From Moniliella sp. 'wahieum' (taxonomy: Eukaryota): a stretch of 64,000 nucleotides of DNA. Position 1 is the stretch's first letter; every line of letters starts with the position of its first letter. The translations under genes and the position numbers were made by a program. The stretch is taken from contig RSEE01000007.1 in NCBI GenBank assembly GCA_003971905.1, positions 248,001 through 312,000 of the forward strand, in the 5' to 3' direction. The notes under the pieces were generated by a model. It was not told the origin of the DNA. It worked only from the letters and a program-made list of their open reading frames with translations, and did not search any database. Shown one piece after another: positions 23,868 to 35,787 of the stretch.

Positions 23868-26800
23868 ATGGCGGACGCTGCGCAGACGCACAAGGAGCAC
23901 CATGCCACGCGTCTAAAGGAGCGGCGGAGGCCAAGGCGACTGCCAAGAAACAACGCGGCAACGATCCGCGCGCCTTCATCTCGGCCAACCCGCGCAGCGC
24001 CCAGAAGCAGATCCTCCGCAACGCGCAAAAGGAACAGGGACGTCTGCATGTGCCCCAGATCCATCGCGGGCCCTCGATCAATCCGACTCCCACTGGGCCT
24101 GGGTCAGCCCAAGCGCGCGCTGCTGCGGGCGATGTGGAGCCGCCGCCACCGCCCCCGCCCGTGATTGTGGCGGTGGTAGGGCCTGAGGGGGTGGGCAAGT
24201 CGACCTTGGTGCGGTCGCTGGTGCGGCGGTACACAAAGCACACTGTCGCGCACATCCAGGGCCCCGTCACTGTCGTCTCGGGCAAGCAGAGGAGGATTAC
24301 GATTATCGAGTGCCCCAATACGATTGATGCGATGATCGATGTGAGCAAGGTGGCGGACTTGGTACTGCTTATGATTGATGGCAGTTTTGGGTTTGAGATG
24401 GTACGTATGCGTCCTTCTGTGCTTCTAACCTTGCTCGATTGCGGCCGAACATGAGGGCTGACATATGGGGGTAGGAAACGATGGAGTTTTTGAATCTTCT
24501 TCAGTCCCACGGCTTCCCCAAGATCATTGGCGTCTTGACCCACCTCGACCTGATCCGCAAGCCGGCGGTGCTGCGGGCGACCAAGAAGCGACTAAAGCAG
24601 CGCTTCTGGACCGAGATCTACGATGGCGCCAAACTGTTTTACCTGTCGGGTGTCATCAACGGACGGTACCCGGACCACGAGATCCAGAACTTGTCCCGCT
24701 TTATTGGCGTGATGAAGTTCCGTCCTCTGGTGTGGCGGAACCAGCACTCGTACATGATTGCCGATCGACTGACTGACCTGACGCCACGCCAAGTGGTCAA
24801 GGAACCCCAAGTAGACCGGACCGTGACCGTATGGCTATTTGAGGGGTACCAACCTGCGTAACCCAGCGTCGGGCGGACTACGGGTTCACGTGCCCGGCGT
24901 GGGGGACCTGACGGTGCGAGCGGTGGAGAAATTGGCCGATCCGTGTCCCCTGCCCACGAGCGAGAGCGAAAAACGTCGTCGCCTGGCCGATAAGAACCGA
25001 CTGATCTATGCGCCCATGTCGGATGTGGGCGGGGTGATGTTTGACAAGGATGCGGTCTACATTAATGTGCCGGGTACCTTCTCCAAAAACCGGGCCGGGC
25101 TCGGAGGCGAGATGGAAGACGATTCGGTGCAGCCGACAAACGAGGGGGAAAGGATGGTGCTTGATCTCCAAGGTGCTGGCGAGACGTTGGATGAGCGGGT
25201 GAAAAAGTCAAAATTCCAACTGTTTGACACGCCGCGCCAGCGCCAGGCTGCCTTTGAAAATGACGTCCCCTCGGAAGAGGACCTGTCAGAGGAAGAGTCC
25301 GAAGGGAGGAGGCCGAGGAGGATGACGATGAAATGGACGAAGACGAGGACGAAGAAGAGGAGGAGTGGTCTCTTGCCCCTCAGACCGCGCGGAAGCACCG
25401 CACCGCCGCCCCCGAGGGCCGGGCCGACGACGAGGGGAAAATCTCCCAAGGCCAGAACGAGGTGGAGTATGCGGACAGTGATTCGGATCTGGGAAACCTC
25501 CTTGAGGATGAAGAGGACGAAAGCGAGGAGGAGGAGGACGATGAGGAAGAAGACCAAAACGAACCCGGGTTTGGGGGAGCTGCTCTGCGGTCTGAAGCAG
25601 CGCTGCGCGCCGAGGCCAACTTGCGAGAGAAGCGCAAGACGGCACCACAGGATCTTCAACGACTGGTCTATGAAACCGACCTCTCTCCTGAACGCATTGC
25701 GGCGGGGGACAATGGTCAAGCGTCGGACGGGGAGGCGGAAAGCGAGGAGGACGCCTTGTCAGGGTCTATGGAGGAAGAGGACTTTTTCCAGAAAAAGGCC
25801 ACCGCCAAGAAAGGGGAGGCGGAGGAGGCGGAGGAAGAGTTGTTCGACTCAACGCAAAGGCTGTACGATCCCTCGGAGCTGATCCAATGGGAGAGTGAGG
25901 CACAACTGGATTCCATTCGTGGACTCTTCATTACAGGTGGAGAGGAGGGTCAGGAGGCGGAAGCTGACGGTTCCGGTTCCGGTTCTGGCTCTGATTCTGG
26001 TGCTGATTCGGGCTCTGAGGCTGCGTCTGAGTCGGAGGCGGAGGAGGATGGGGATGCGAAAACGGCCGAACTGCGCAAGAAGAAAGAAGCACTGAAGCGC
26101 AAGTTTGATGCGCGGTACGACGACGATGAAGAAACCAAGGAGGCAGACTGGTACGACGAGCAGAAGGCCGAGCTCCTGCGGCAAGCGGAGGCCAACCGGC
26201 TTGAGCTTGCCGGTGAGGATGCAACGGTACGAGAAGCGGTGGAGGGCTTCATTGCCGGCTCGTACGTCCGCATGGAGTTGGCCAATGTACCCTGTGAGCT
26301 GGTGGAGTACTTTGACCCGCACCAACCATTGGTGGTCGGTGGTCTGCTTCCCAGTGAGGAGACCTACGGATGGATGCAGGTACGCATCAAAAAGCATCGT
26401 TGGTTCCATAAGATTCTCAAGACAAACGACCCTCTCATCTTCTCCATGGGCTGGCGCCGCTTCCAGAGTTTGCCCATCTACTCGCTCGACGATGGCACGA
26501 GGAATCGGATGCTGAAGTACACACCGGAGCATATGCATTGTCTCGCTACCATCTGGGCGCCTGCCGCCAGGCCCAACACGGGATTTGCCGCGTTCAATGC
26601 ACTGACATCCGAAACTCCTCGGTTCCGCATCAGCGCCACCGGTGTCGTGCTGGACAACGATGCTGGTGCAGCTGGGGTCGGCGCCCACCCAATTGTCAAG
26701 AAGCTCAAGTTGACCGGTTTCCCAGACCAGATCTTTAAGAAGACGGCGTTCATCAAGGGCATGTTCAATTCGCCCCTCGAGGTGGCCAAGTTTGAAGGCG

Positions 26801-27446
26801 CCCAGATCCGGACCGTGTCGGGGATCCGCGGGATTGTCAAGAAGGCTCTGGCCACGAACGATGGCAAGTTCCGAGCAACGTTTGAGGACAAGATCCTCAA
26901 GTCGGACATTGTCTTCCTCAAGGGGTGGATCAATGTGTATCCGCGCAAGTTGTATGCACCCGTGACGAGCTTGCTCTTACCGCCTCAAGAGCGGGGCGGG
27001 TGGAAGGGCATGCGGTTGACCGGTACCATCCGCCGCGAGGAAGGAATCAAGACGCCCACAATGTGGACTCGATCTACAAGCCCATCAAGAACCGGGCTGC
27101 GAAGCGGCAGTTCAATGCGCTGCGCGTGCCCCGCAAGCTGCGCGCGGCTCTGCCCGTGTCGGAGAAGAACAAGGTCATGCCGGGCCTGGGGCGGACAGTT
27201 ACCTGAAGAACCGGGCGGTGGTGATGGAGGCCAAGGACCGGGCGGCGGTCACGTTGTTGGAGCGGATGCAAGCCATCAACAAGGACCGCTTGGCCCGCCG
27301 GCGCGGCAAGAAGGAAGAGGCGCGCGCCAAGCGAGCCAAGCTCAACAAGGATGCCGAGGAACACAAGGAGGAGAAGATCAAGGAGAAGAAAGCAGGGCTC
27401 CATTCGTCTGGCGCGCGAGGACGCCAAGCGCCAAAAGACGGGCTGA
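23868..27446 (+). CDS. BMS1: 40S ribosome biogenesis GTPase Bms1
   Basis: PPPVIVAVVGPEGVGKSTL, ADLVLLMIDGSFGFEM|intron|ETMEFLN...HGFPK, RIKKHRWFHKILKTNDPLIFSMGWRRFQ, RMLKYTPEHMHC, FEGAQIRTVSGIRG. Confidence 0.97.
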
Positions 27447-27622
27447 GCGTATTCAGATGCATGCATTTGTTGGGCCACCAACTGCGACTGAGAGAGTATA
27501 CGGGGGCAGGTAGGGTGAGGTGGGAGTAGAGATGCTGTAGTGGCTATCAAATATCAGTTGCGCGACAATCGTATGCGCATATGCCCTCGTACAAGTACAA
27601 AAAGGATGGGGACAGGTAAGCC

Positions 27623-28155
27623 TTAGTTTGCACCAAAGACCAACTCATCGTCAAAGAGCTCGATGAACTGGGGCCGGGTCAGGACCGTTGCTGGCAGCGC
27701 GGAGGGGGAGGCGGATCGGGGGCGGACGCACCTGTTCGTTCATGACGCGGACTTTGGGTCCGGCATACCGCAGATACTCTTCCAGGATGGCGGACAGGTT
27801 CCACCGTTGCAGCTTGCGTAGGCAGCCAATGACGGTGCCCGTGCGGTGTCGGCCCAGGTTGCACATGACAAGCACTGGGTACGACGAAGGGACAACGAGG
27901 AGGGCGAGCGCCTGCAGGACCATCTCCTCTGTCACGGGGTCCCAGGCGTTGGTGTGGTAGAGCACACCGAGGTGGTGGAAGGTGATGCGGTTGGTGGCGC
28001 AAAAATCGAGCAAGGCCGGGTCGGGCTCGTCGGGGGAGAGGAAGATGACGCTGGTGAGCATGAGGTTCTGGAGGAAGGGGAAGCTGAGGGCCTCGGGATG
28101 GCCACTGCGTTACAGATTCTCCTCCACCATGCCAAAGTTGGGGGGGGACAAGCAT
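27623..28155 (-). CDS. OCA1: Oca1-like (Siw14/PFA-DSP family) phosphatase
   Basis: MLVPP-NFGMVEENL-RSGHP...VLVMCNLGRHRTGTVIGCLRKLQRWNLSAILEEYLRYAGPKVRVMNEQ|intron|FIELFDDELV; start could lie further upstream. Confidence 0.9.
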
Positions 28156-28753
28156 GGCGGGTGGAGGCGCAGGGGCAACTCGCTGCGCTCATAGCACGGC
28201 CGAGGCGCGTTAGGCGCGGACGAGGAGGGCGGTGGCGGCGGCGGCGGCGGCGGCGGCGGAACGGGCGGAAGGATGGATGCGGTGACGGGGCCGGTGAGGA
28301 TGGAGGAGGTGCGGGGGGACCGCAACGCAGGCGGTAGCGCCCATCTGGGCGCTGACATAAGCGGGGTGGGGCATGCGGGCGATGGCGGAGGGGGCGTGGA
28401 CGAGTGGTGGAGTGGCGGGCGAGCGGCGGTGGATCGGCGGCGGCGGCTCCAGCAGTGCCCAGCTCGGGATTGCCCAGCCGAGACGCCGCGCCGCCCACCG
28501 CCGCCGCATCCGTCCACACAGCAGCCACGCTCTTCGAGGTGCTCCGCAGCCAACCGCGTGTGGTGCCAAATGAGTGCGGCCCAGCTCATCACCCAAGTCA
28601 CGCCTGGCCAGCTGCTGGCCGCGTCTGCGCATCCCGCTCCGCCGCCTGGCCTCCGCCCGCTGCGTGCCCCCCCCGGCAGCGATGCGGTGGACGTGGATGC
28701 GCTCGAGGCGGCAGCCCACGCGGCCAGAGCGCATCTGCGCAGCCAGCAACGCC

Positions 28754-28976
28754 ATGCCCGCCTCCCTGCACCTCCCTGTCCCCTCCCATCTGCCGCCGCT
28801 CCCGCTCCCGCCGCCGCCATCCGCCGCTGCGCCGTCCGTCCCCGTCCCCGTCCCTGTCGTGAGCAAGTCTGCGCTTGCGCCTCCCCTTGCTGCGCCCTCT
28901 CCGCCTGAGCCAGTGTCTGCCCAGGCGCTCCCTTCGGCGCCTCCGTCTCAGCCCTACGCGCAGGGGCAGGCGCAGA

Positions 28977-29065
<89 letters not shown>

Positions 29066-30920
29066 GCACCGTCGCTGAATAGCGAAAGCCCCCCCTTGCA
29101 CGACCACACCACTGGTCAATTAGTCCCCAAGCCTTCGTCCGCGACCAACAAGCCCCAGAGCTCGCCCAGGCCACCCGAACGCAAGCGCAACAAGCCCGGC
29201 ATGCTCCAACGCTTGGTTCAGATTTTGACCTGTGCCTCCAACAGCAGCACTGCCACCATGGCCCACGACCACCCCCATCCCCTCCCTCCGCCCTCACCAA
29301 GCATTGTCACTCCTGCCCAGCCACGTCCGCCCGACGCTGAGGGCGAGATGGCTAGTGTCTCCACTAATGGTATGGATGAAACGATCGCCTCGACGGCGGG
29401 CAAGAGCACCAAGCGGGAGGTAGCTACTCCCTCGCCTGCAGCTGCATCTACCGTGTCCCCAGCGCCAGCATTAGGAGCCGCGTCTGGATCTGGATCTGCC
29501 TTTGCTCCTGGCTCTGCATCAGCTCCGGTCTCGGGAACTGCACCCCTGTCTGCGCCCACGGTGCCCGCCCCCAATCCTCCCAGCTCAGAGGCCACGTCGA
29601 GCCACCATGATCTCTCCTCCGACCACCCAGCTGCGCCCAGCACCGCCTCCAATACTACTCCGCGGCCTGCCCCTATTGACACGCTCGTTGCCCAGGCCAC
29701 CCGCACCCTGCCTTCCCGCCTCTCCTCCGGCCCAATCCGGACCAGCACGCCTGTTCCGCCGACCCCGACCACCGGCCAAGTCTCCACCCCCCCCACGCCG
29801 TCGGGGCTGCATTTGCCTCCCGGCACGCGTCCTCGTCCCTCGACCGACTCGCGACGGACCCAAGCCACGCGCAACAGCGGTCTCTACACCATGTTGGGCG
29901 GTAAAATTTTGCCGCGGGAAGAGACGGAGGATGTGTTGGCAGGGGCGGTGGTGCCGCCCGGCGCGACGTTTGGCCCGCCCACCAACCCGCCTACCCGACA
30001 CTCGAACAACACCCGCAAACTTTCCCGCGAATTTCCCAGTCCTCCGATCGAGTCCTGCTGGATCCTGCGGTCCTGCAGCCCGAGCAGCACGAGTTGCACC
30101 AGGAAGAGCTTGTGCCTGACATGCCCTCTGGGGCGGAAGGGTCAGGTCAGGAAGATGCAGTCGAGAATGGAGAGGAAGAAGTGGTGCAGGTCGGCGAACT
30201 GAGCCAGGACGAGTTGGATCAGCAGTGGATTCAATGGGAAATGGAGGAAGAGCAGCGCTTGATCTCCCAAGGGGGAGCTGGTATCCCTCATGACGAAGCA
30301 GGCAATCCCCATCCCCTCTTACCCCAGGCAGAGGGACACAAAAAATGCTTGGTGCTGGACTTGGACGAGACCCTGGTCCACTCTTCTTTCAAGACCATCC
30401 CCAATGCCGACTTTATTGTTCCTGTGGAGATTGAGGAGGTGGTACATGAGGTATATGTTGCCAAGCGCCCGGGTGTGGACGAGTTTCTGCGCCGGATGGG
30501 TGAGGTGTTTGAGATTGTTGTGTTTACTGCCTCACTGAGCAAGGTACGTCTCCCCCCCTCTCTCCCTCACCCTTCCCTGTGAGACAGATCAGGCTAAACT
30601 AACTGAAACTGCAGTACGCGGACCCGGTCCTGGATTTGCTCGATATACACAACGTGGTCTCCCACCGCCTGTTCCGAGAACACTGCTACCAACACCGTGG
30701 GACGTATGTCAAGGACCTTTCCCAGCTCGGCCGGCCCGTGGCGGAATCGATCCTGTTGGACAACTCGCCGGCTAGTTACATTTTCCATCCTAACAACGCC
30801 GTCCCCGTGTCTTCATGGTTTACTGATCCACATGACACGGAGTTGCTCGACATGTGCCCCTTCCTGATGGACCTGGTCCCCGTTTCGGACGTGCGGGCAG
30901 TATTGGACGCAGCACTCTAA
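28754..30920 (+). CDS. PSR1: NIF/FCP1-homology small CTD phosphatase (Psr1/Psr2-like)
   Basis: [40 protein letters not shown]|intron|[39 protein letters not shown]; long disordered N-terminus. Confidence 0.9.
28979..29062 (+). repeat. Perfect (CAGACG)14 coding microsatellite (Gln-Thr repeat)
   Basis: 84 bp of uninterrupted hexamer. Confidence 0.97.
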
Positions 30921-31416
30921 CCCATCTCTCTCTCTCCTTCCCCCCCCCCCCCCCACCTCTCACTTTCCTCTACTCCCCCATTGTATCCGCCGCCGTATGG
31001 ACTCTGTTTGTTTCTCCTCGCATGTCCAGTGCACTGTTTGTTATTCCCCTTGTTCACGATCCAAGACGCTGCTCTTCCTCCTCTGTGAGCGATGGACCTC
31101 AACGTTCTTTCTAAACCCTCTCTTGGCTTGCGTGATACCCCTCGCGTCCCGTTGGACCCGTTTCTCTCCCTTTGCCTCGGCTTCGTTCCCTCGCTCTCCA
31201 CTTCCCCGTTCATGCTGCCAATCTGGCACGCCGGCGTCCCTACTCTCGCCACTCATGACCCTGATCTACCTTGCCCCGTCTTGTCTGCCCTGCCAACTAC
31301 TTCTTGATTACACCAACGCGACAACTGGATTCATAGTACACGGGAGCCTCACGTCACCTAGCTCGGCATGAGCGTGAGGCGGGGGGAAAGAGAGCAGAGC
31401 CAAAGCGCAGGCAGTG

Positions 31417-32841
31417 TTATGGCGCCTGCTCTGGGGGAGGAGGGATGTGCATGGGTCGGCGGACCAGATTAAAGACAAAGTTCGCACCGAGATTGTTGTC
31501 CCAATACTCGGCGTCGGGGAGGGTGTAGTGCACCGCGAGTTCAATCTGCTTTTGCTCGCCTGGCTGCCAGACAAACGCCATCTCGCCCAAGCGAATGGTG
31601 AACTGGAACCGGTCCCAGCCTTCTTCCCAGCGCAACTCGCCCGGCGGCATGGTATCAATCGCGCTGGCCTCGCTCGGTGGCCACACCAACGGCGGGCCGA
31701 GGGCGGCAGCGACATCACCCACCGCCCCGACACTTCATTCGTACTCTGCCACCGATCAAACGTGTAGCGCACTGCTACCCACTTGGCAAACGCCAAATTG
31801 GCCACGCGCACATACCCTTCCACGTGGCGTGCATCCTGCGTCAGCCGCACCCCTTCCAGCAGCACCGCCCCTGCCGCACTGCCGCCGGCGCCGCCAACGC
31901 CAGCGCCAACGTAAACGGCCGCACCGGCCGATGCGCAGCAAGGCGCGCAAGCTGGCCGGCAACACGTTCGTCCCATTCCCACGCCCACAGCGTCCCGTCG
32001 TGCCGCCCCGCAGGACCTGGGACAAGCTCAAGCCGACCCGCAAGCCTTCCAGGCCCGAAGGCACTTCGTCCTCCGTCTCGGTCTCCGTGTCCGTTCCGGC
32101 GCCCGCGGCGGGTTGACGCTGGTGGGCCGTCCGTGCGGTTTGAAGACGCGGATGTCGGTCAGGTGAGTACCAAAGTGCACCGTCTTGGTCGGGTGATCGC
32201 CGTGGACGAAATGGGTGAGCGCGCTACGAGGCGCAGGCAAGCTCTTGGACCGGATCCGGGGAGGTGGTGGGGCGAGGCGGGGGCGGACCTGGACCCGGGA
32301 GCAGCGGAGGGCGGGGAGCCGTGCGTGGCAGAGGCGGGCGGAGACGAAGAGGGGGCAGAGGCGGAGACGGAGGCGGAGAGTGGAGGGGTGGGCGGGTTGG
32401 ACAGCTGGGGAAAACAAGCGGAGACAGTGGGGGTGGGGCAGGCATGGTGCGGTGGCTTGGATCGCTATCGTTGTGGGGGGAAGAGATGGAGGGAAGCGTG
32501 GTCTGCGTGGCAGGGATGGTGCAGAGGGGCGAGTGGGGGCTGTCGAAGCGCAGTCTTTGGGCTCCGGGCAGCTCCGAAGGCAAAAGGGACGCTGGGTAGC
32601 TGAGGGGTTGCGGGGCTCGGGTGAGCGCTAGTGGACGTTGGGCGCAACGCAGCCGGCAGGAGAAGCACGGGTGGAGACGTCTGTTTCCGCGTCTCGTTCC
32701 GCGGATTGCCCGGCCAGAGTCGAGTCGAGAGGGGGTGGGGGGCAGGGGAAGACGGATGGGATGGGCGTGGGCGTGGGCCGTGGGGCGTGGGCAAGAAGCG
32801 GGCGGCAAATTCCTAGTCGCACACGCGATGGATATGGCCAT
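31417..32841 (-). CDS. CBM21 glycogen-targeting PP1 regulatory subunit (Gac1/Gip2-like)
   Basis: RVxF-type motif KTVHF...IRVF; CBM21 signatures VRVANLAFAKWVAVRYTFDRWQST, WDRFQFTIRL, YWDNNLGANF. Confidence 0.88.
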
Positions 32842-33207
32842 TGCATGATGCCGGGAAATGCCCGGCGGCCGCAGGGCCCAGGCCTTAGGCTGAGGCCTAA
32901 GGAAGAGATAGGGCAAACTGGCCCCGGCGGCTGTGCCCGAACCCTGGGGCTCCGGTGGGATCGATGAGGGTGGGTGACACCGGTGACAGCGAGCGAAGCA
33001 CATACGACGTGTACATGTGACAGGGCGCGTGTGCGCTGATTCTCCGGGTAGCGCAGTTTGCCGCCGGGGCGATGCCCACACCCACGTCATCCAGCCAGCC
33101 TGCGCCCTCGATTGGCCCGCACAGCGGAGCCCTCAGCTCGGCGCTTGGACTGCCATTGGTACTTGGTGTGTGCGTTGGACCCGAGTGGGGAAAAAACCGC
33201 GTCACTC

Positions 33208-35496
33208 TGTTGACTGTGATCCTCTGGCTCCCAGTCGGTAGACCAGGTTCGCCTCGGTTCCATCGGCTTCCACGCTGACGTCCCGTGCGTGCACTGTCCC
33301 TGGCCTGCACTCTCTCCTGTTGATCACTGTCCCTGTGCCTAGTCCAGCCTCCTATATAGATGCCTCTGTAACCAGACCCAACTCTGGCTCCAATCCATCA
33401 CCTTCTCCTCATCCTTCTGCCGTCCGGCTCCCTAGGCCAACAGAGCTACAATCTGATCCCCCCGGAAGGGGAGCGCTCTTCAAGCAAGCCCACCCCCAAC
33501 CTACAAGCCCAAGCTAAGCCGCAAGCCCACAAGAACACCCGTCCTCCCGCCCAACAACCACACGCCACAATCGGCACCTTACCAGCCACAATCGGCATAC
33601 TACCCGCCACAAATCGGCATACTACCGCACAATGGACACTCGTCCCCCACAGATGGGGCAATATTTTTAGGGAAAACACGACGGAACAAAACGTGTCGGG
33701 TATCGTCAACGAGACGAAATTCCTCAACGACAAACGGCGCAGGCGAATCGCAGAAAGAGGGGGTGCTGCTCATCAAGTGCCCCACCCACGGCTACACGCC
33801 CGGATTGCCAATTCATCGGGGCACCTGGGGAAAGGATGGGGGGGGGTGGTCACCCAACTTCTCACTCCTCTTTTTCAACAACAAAGAGAACCCAAACAGA
33901 TCAAGACGGTGACGCATAGCCGTTCATTTCCCATGCCCAATGGACCCCACTGGCACCAGGCTGCGGAACCAAAAACACTACCAAACATCCAATTTTGATG
34001 CCAAACGACCTTGGACCGCATTTACTCCAAGTTTCCAATTTCTTTCACTACACCTATAACTGGGCTTTTACTTTTGCCCACCAAATCGCTTCGGGGCGCA
34101 AACCCCTACTACTTTACTTCTGTGACTGTGATCCTGCCAGTCGGTAGACCAGGTTCGCCTCGGTTCCATCGGCTTCCACGCTGACGTCCTGCGTGTCATG
34201 TCCCTGTGCCTGCACTCTCTCCTGTGGACTAACTGTCCCTGTGCCTAGTCCAGCCTCCTATATAGATGCCTCTGTACCCAGACCCAACTCTGGCTCCAAT
34301 CTATCATTCTCTCATCCTTCTGCCCGTCCGGCTCCCTAGGCCAGCAGAGCTACAATCTGATCCCCGAAGGGGAGCGCTCTTCAAGCAAGCCCACCCCCAA
34401 GCCTACAAGCCCAAGCTAAGCCGCCAAGCCACAAGACACACCCGTCCTCCCGCCCAAAACACACCACCGCCACAATCGGCCTTTACCGCCACAATCGGCA
34501 TACTACCCGCACACATCGGCATACTACCGCCACAATCGGCACACTCGTCCCCCACAGATGGGGCAATTTTTTAGGGACAACACACGACGGAACAAAACGT
34601 GTCGGGTATCGTCAACGAGACGAAATTCCTCCAACGACAAAACGGCGCAGGCGAATCGCAGAAAGCGGGGGTGGCTGCTCATCAAGTGCCCCACCCACGG
34701 CTACACGCCCCGGATTGCCAATTCATCCGGGGCACCTGGGGAAAGGATGGGGGGGGGTGGTCACCCAACTTCTTCCACTCCTCTTTTTCAACAACAAAGA
34801 GAACCCAAACAGATCAAGACGGTTGACGCATAGCGCCCGTTCATTTCCCATGCCCAATGGACCCCACTGGCACCAGGCATGCGGAACCAAACAACTACCA
34901 AACGCATCCAATTTTGATGCCAAACGACCTTGGACCGCATTTACTCCAAGTTTCCAATTTTCTTTCACTACACCTATAACTGGTGCTTTTTACTTTTGCC
35001 CACCAAATCGCTTCGGGGCGCAACCCTACTACTTTACTTCTAAGACTTCTACAAGCATCTGGCGGTCGCACAATACACCAACCACAAGCGCTCGGCTCGT
35101 TCAGGTGTCATCCTGGACAGCGGGGGTGTAGGCCAGTCGTGTGGCCATGCACAACTCCAGGCCATTCGTCCCGGTTGCCACTCAAGTCCTCCCCTCTCTA
35201 CATCCACTGGCAGGAGCTCATCCCACAACCGATGTCTCCGGGTTCCCTGGCCAGCGGGGGTGTTGACTGTGATCCTCTGGCTCCCAGTCGGTAGACCAGG
35301 TTCGCCTCGGTTCCATCGGCTTCCACGCTGACGTCCCTGCGTGTCACTGTCCCTGTGCCCTGCACTCCTCCTGTTGACTCACTGTCCCTGTGCCTAGTCC
35401 AGCCTCCTATATAGATGCCTCTGTACCCAGACCCAACTCTGGCTCCAATCCACCCTTCTCCTCATCCTTCTGCCCGTCCGGCTCCCTAGGCCAACA
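33208..35496 (+). mobile_element. Non-autonomous LTR retroelement (TRIM-like) with three LTRs
   Basis: About 235-bp LTRs at 33208-33442, 34121-34346 and 35261-35496; outer copies start TGTTG and end CAACA; internal TATA (CCTATATAGA); PPT-like AGCGGGGG before LTR3; 5-bp TSD CACTC at 33203-33207 and 35497-35501; no gag/pol detected. Confidence 0.93.
33564..33632 (+). repeat. About 21-bp tandem repeat (gccacaatcggcatactacc) inside the LTR element; second copy of the array at about 34469-34541
   Basis: Three to four imperfect direct copies. Confidence 0.8.
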
Positions 35497-35787
35497 CACT
35501 CGCCCATCCCACAGCGCGCCTCGTGCGCGCACAAGTCGGGGCGGGGTTGAACTGAACGTTGAACGTTTTACGTTGATTCAGACGGAACTCAGTGCGGCGG
35601 AGAGGATCACGTGACCAGTCCCCGCTCTCCCTTCCGCGTGCCCAACGGAGGCATCCAGATTGCCAGCCTGTCTAAATTCAAACGTTAAACGACGCGCCAA
35701 CAAACACAACGCAAAGCAAGGACCAACCAAGTTAATTAAAACACCTTCACCCTCATCACCTCCGTCCCACCATCTCCGGCCTCCATC

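Noticed and set aside
28110..29300. Long antisense or alternate-frame ORFs (e.g. ASASAS, RLRLRL and poly-R ORFs here; 56330-57781 + over UBA2)
   Set aside because: Shadows of real genes and a microsatellite in stop-poor GC-rich DNA; no independent protein features.
33693..35294. Short ORFs inside the LTR element as gag/pol
   Set aside because: No zinc knuckle, protease, integrase or RT motifs, and frames are not conserved between the two internal copies.
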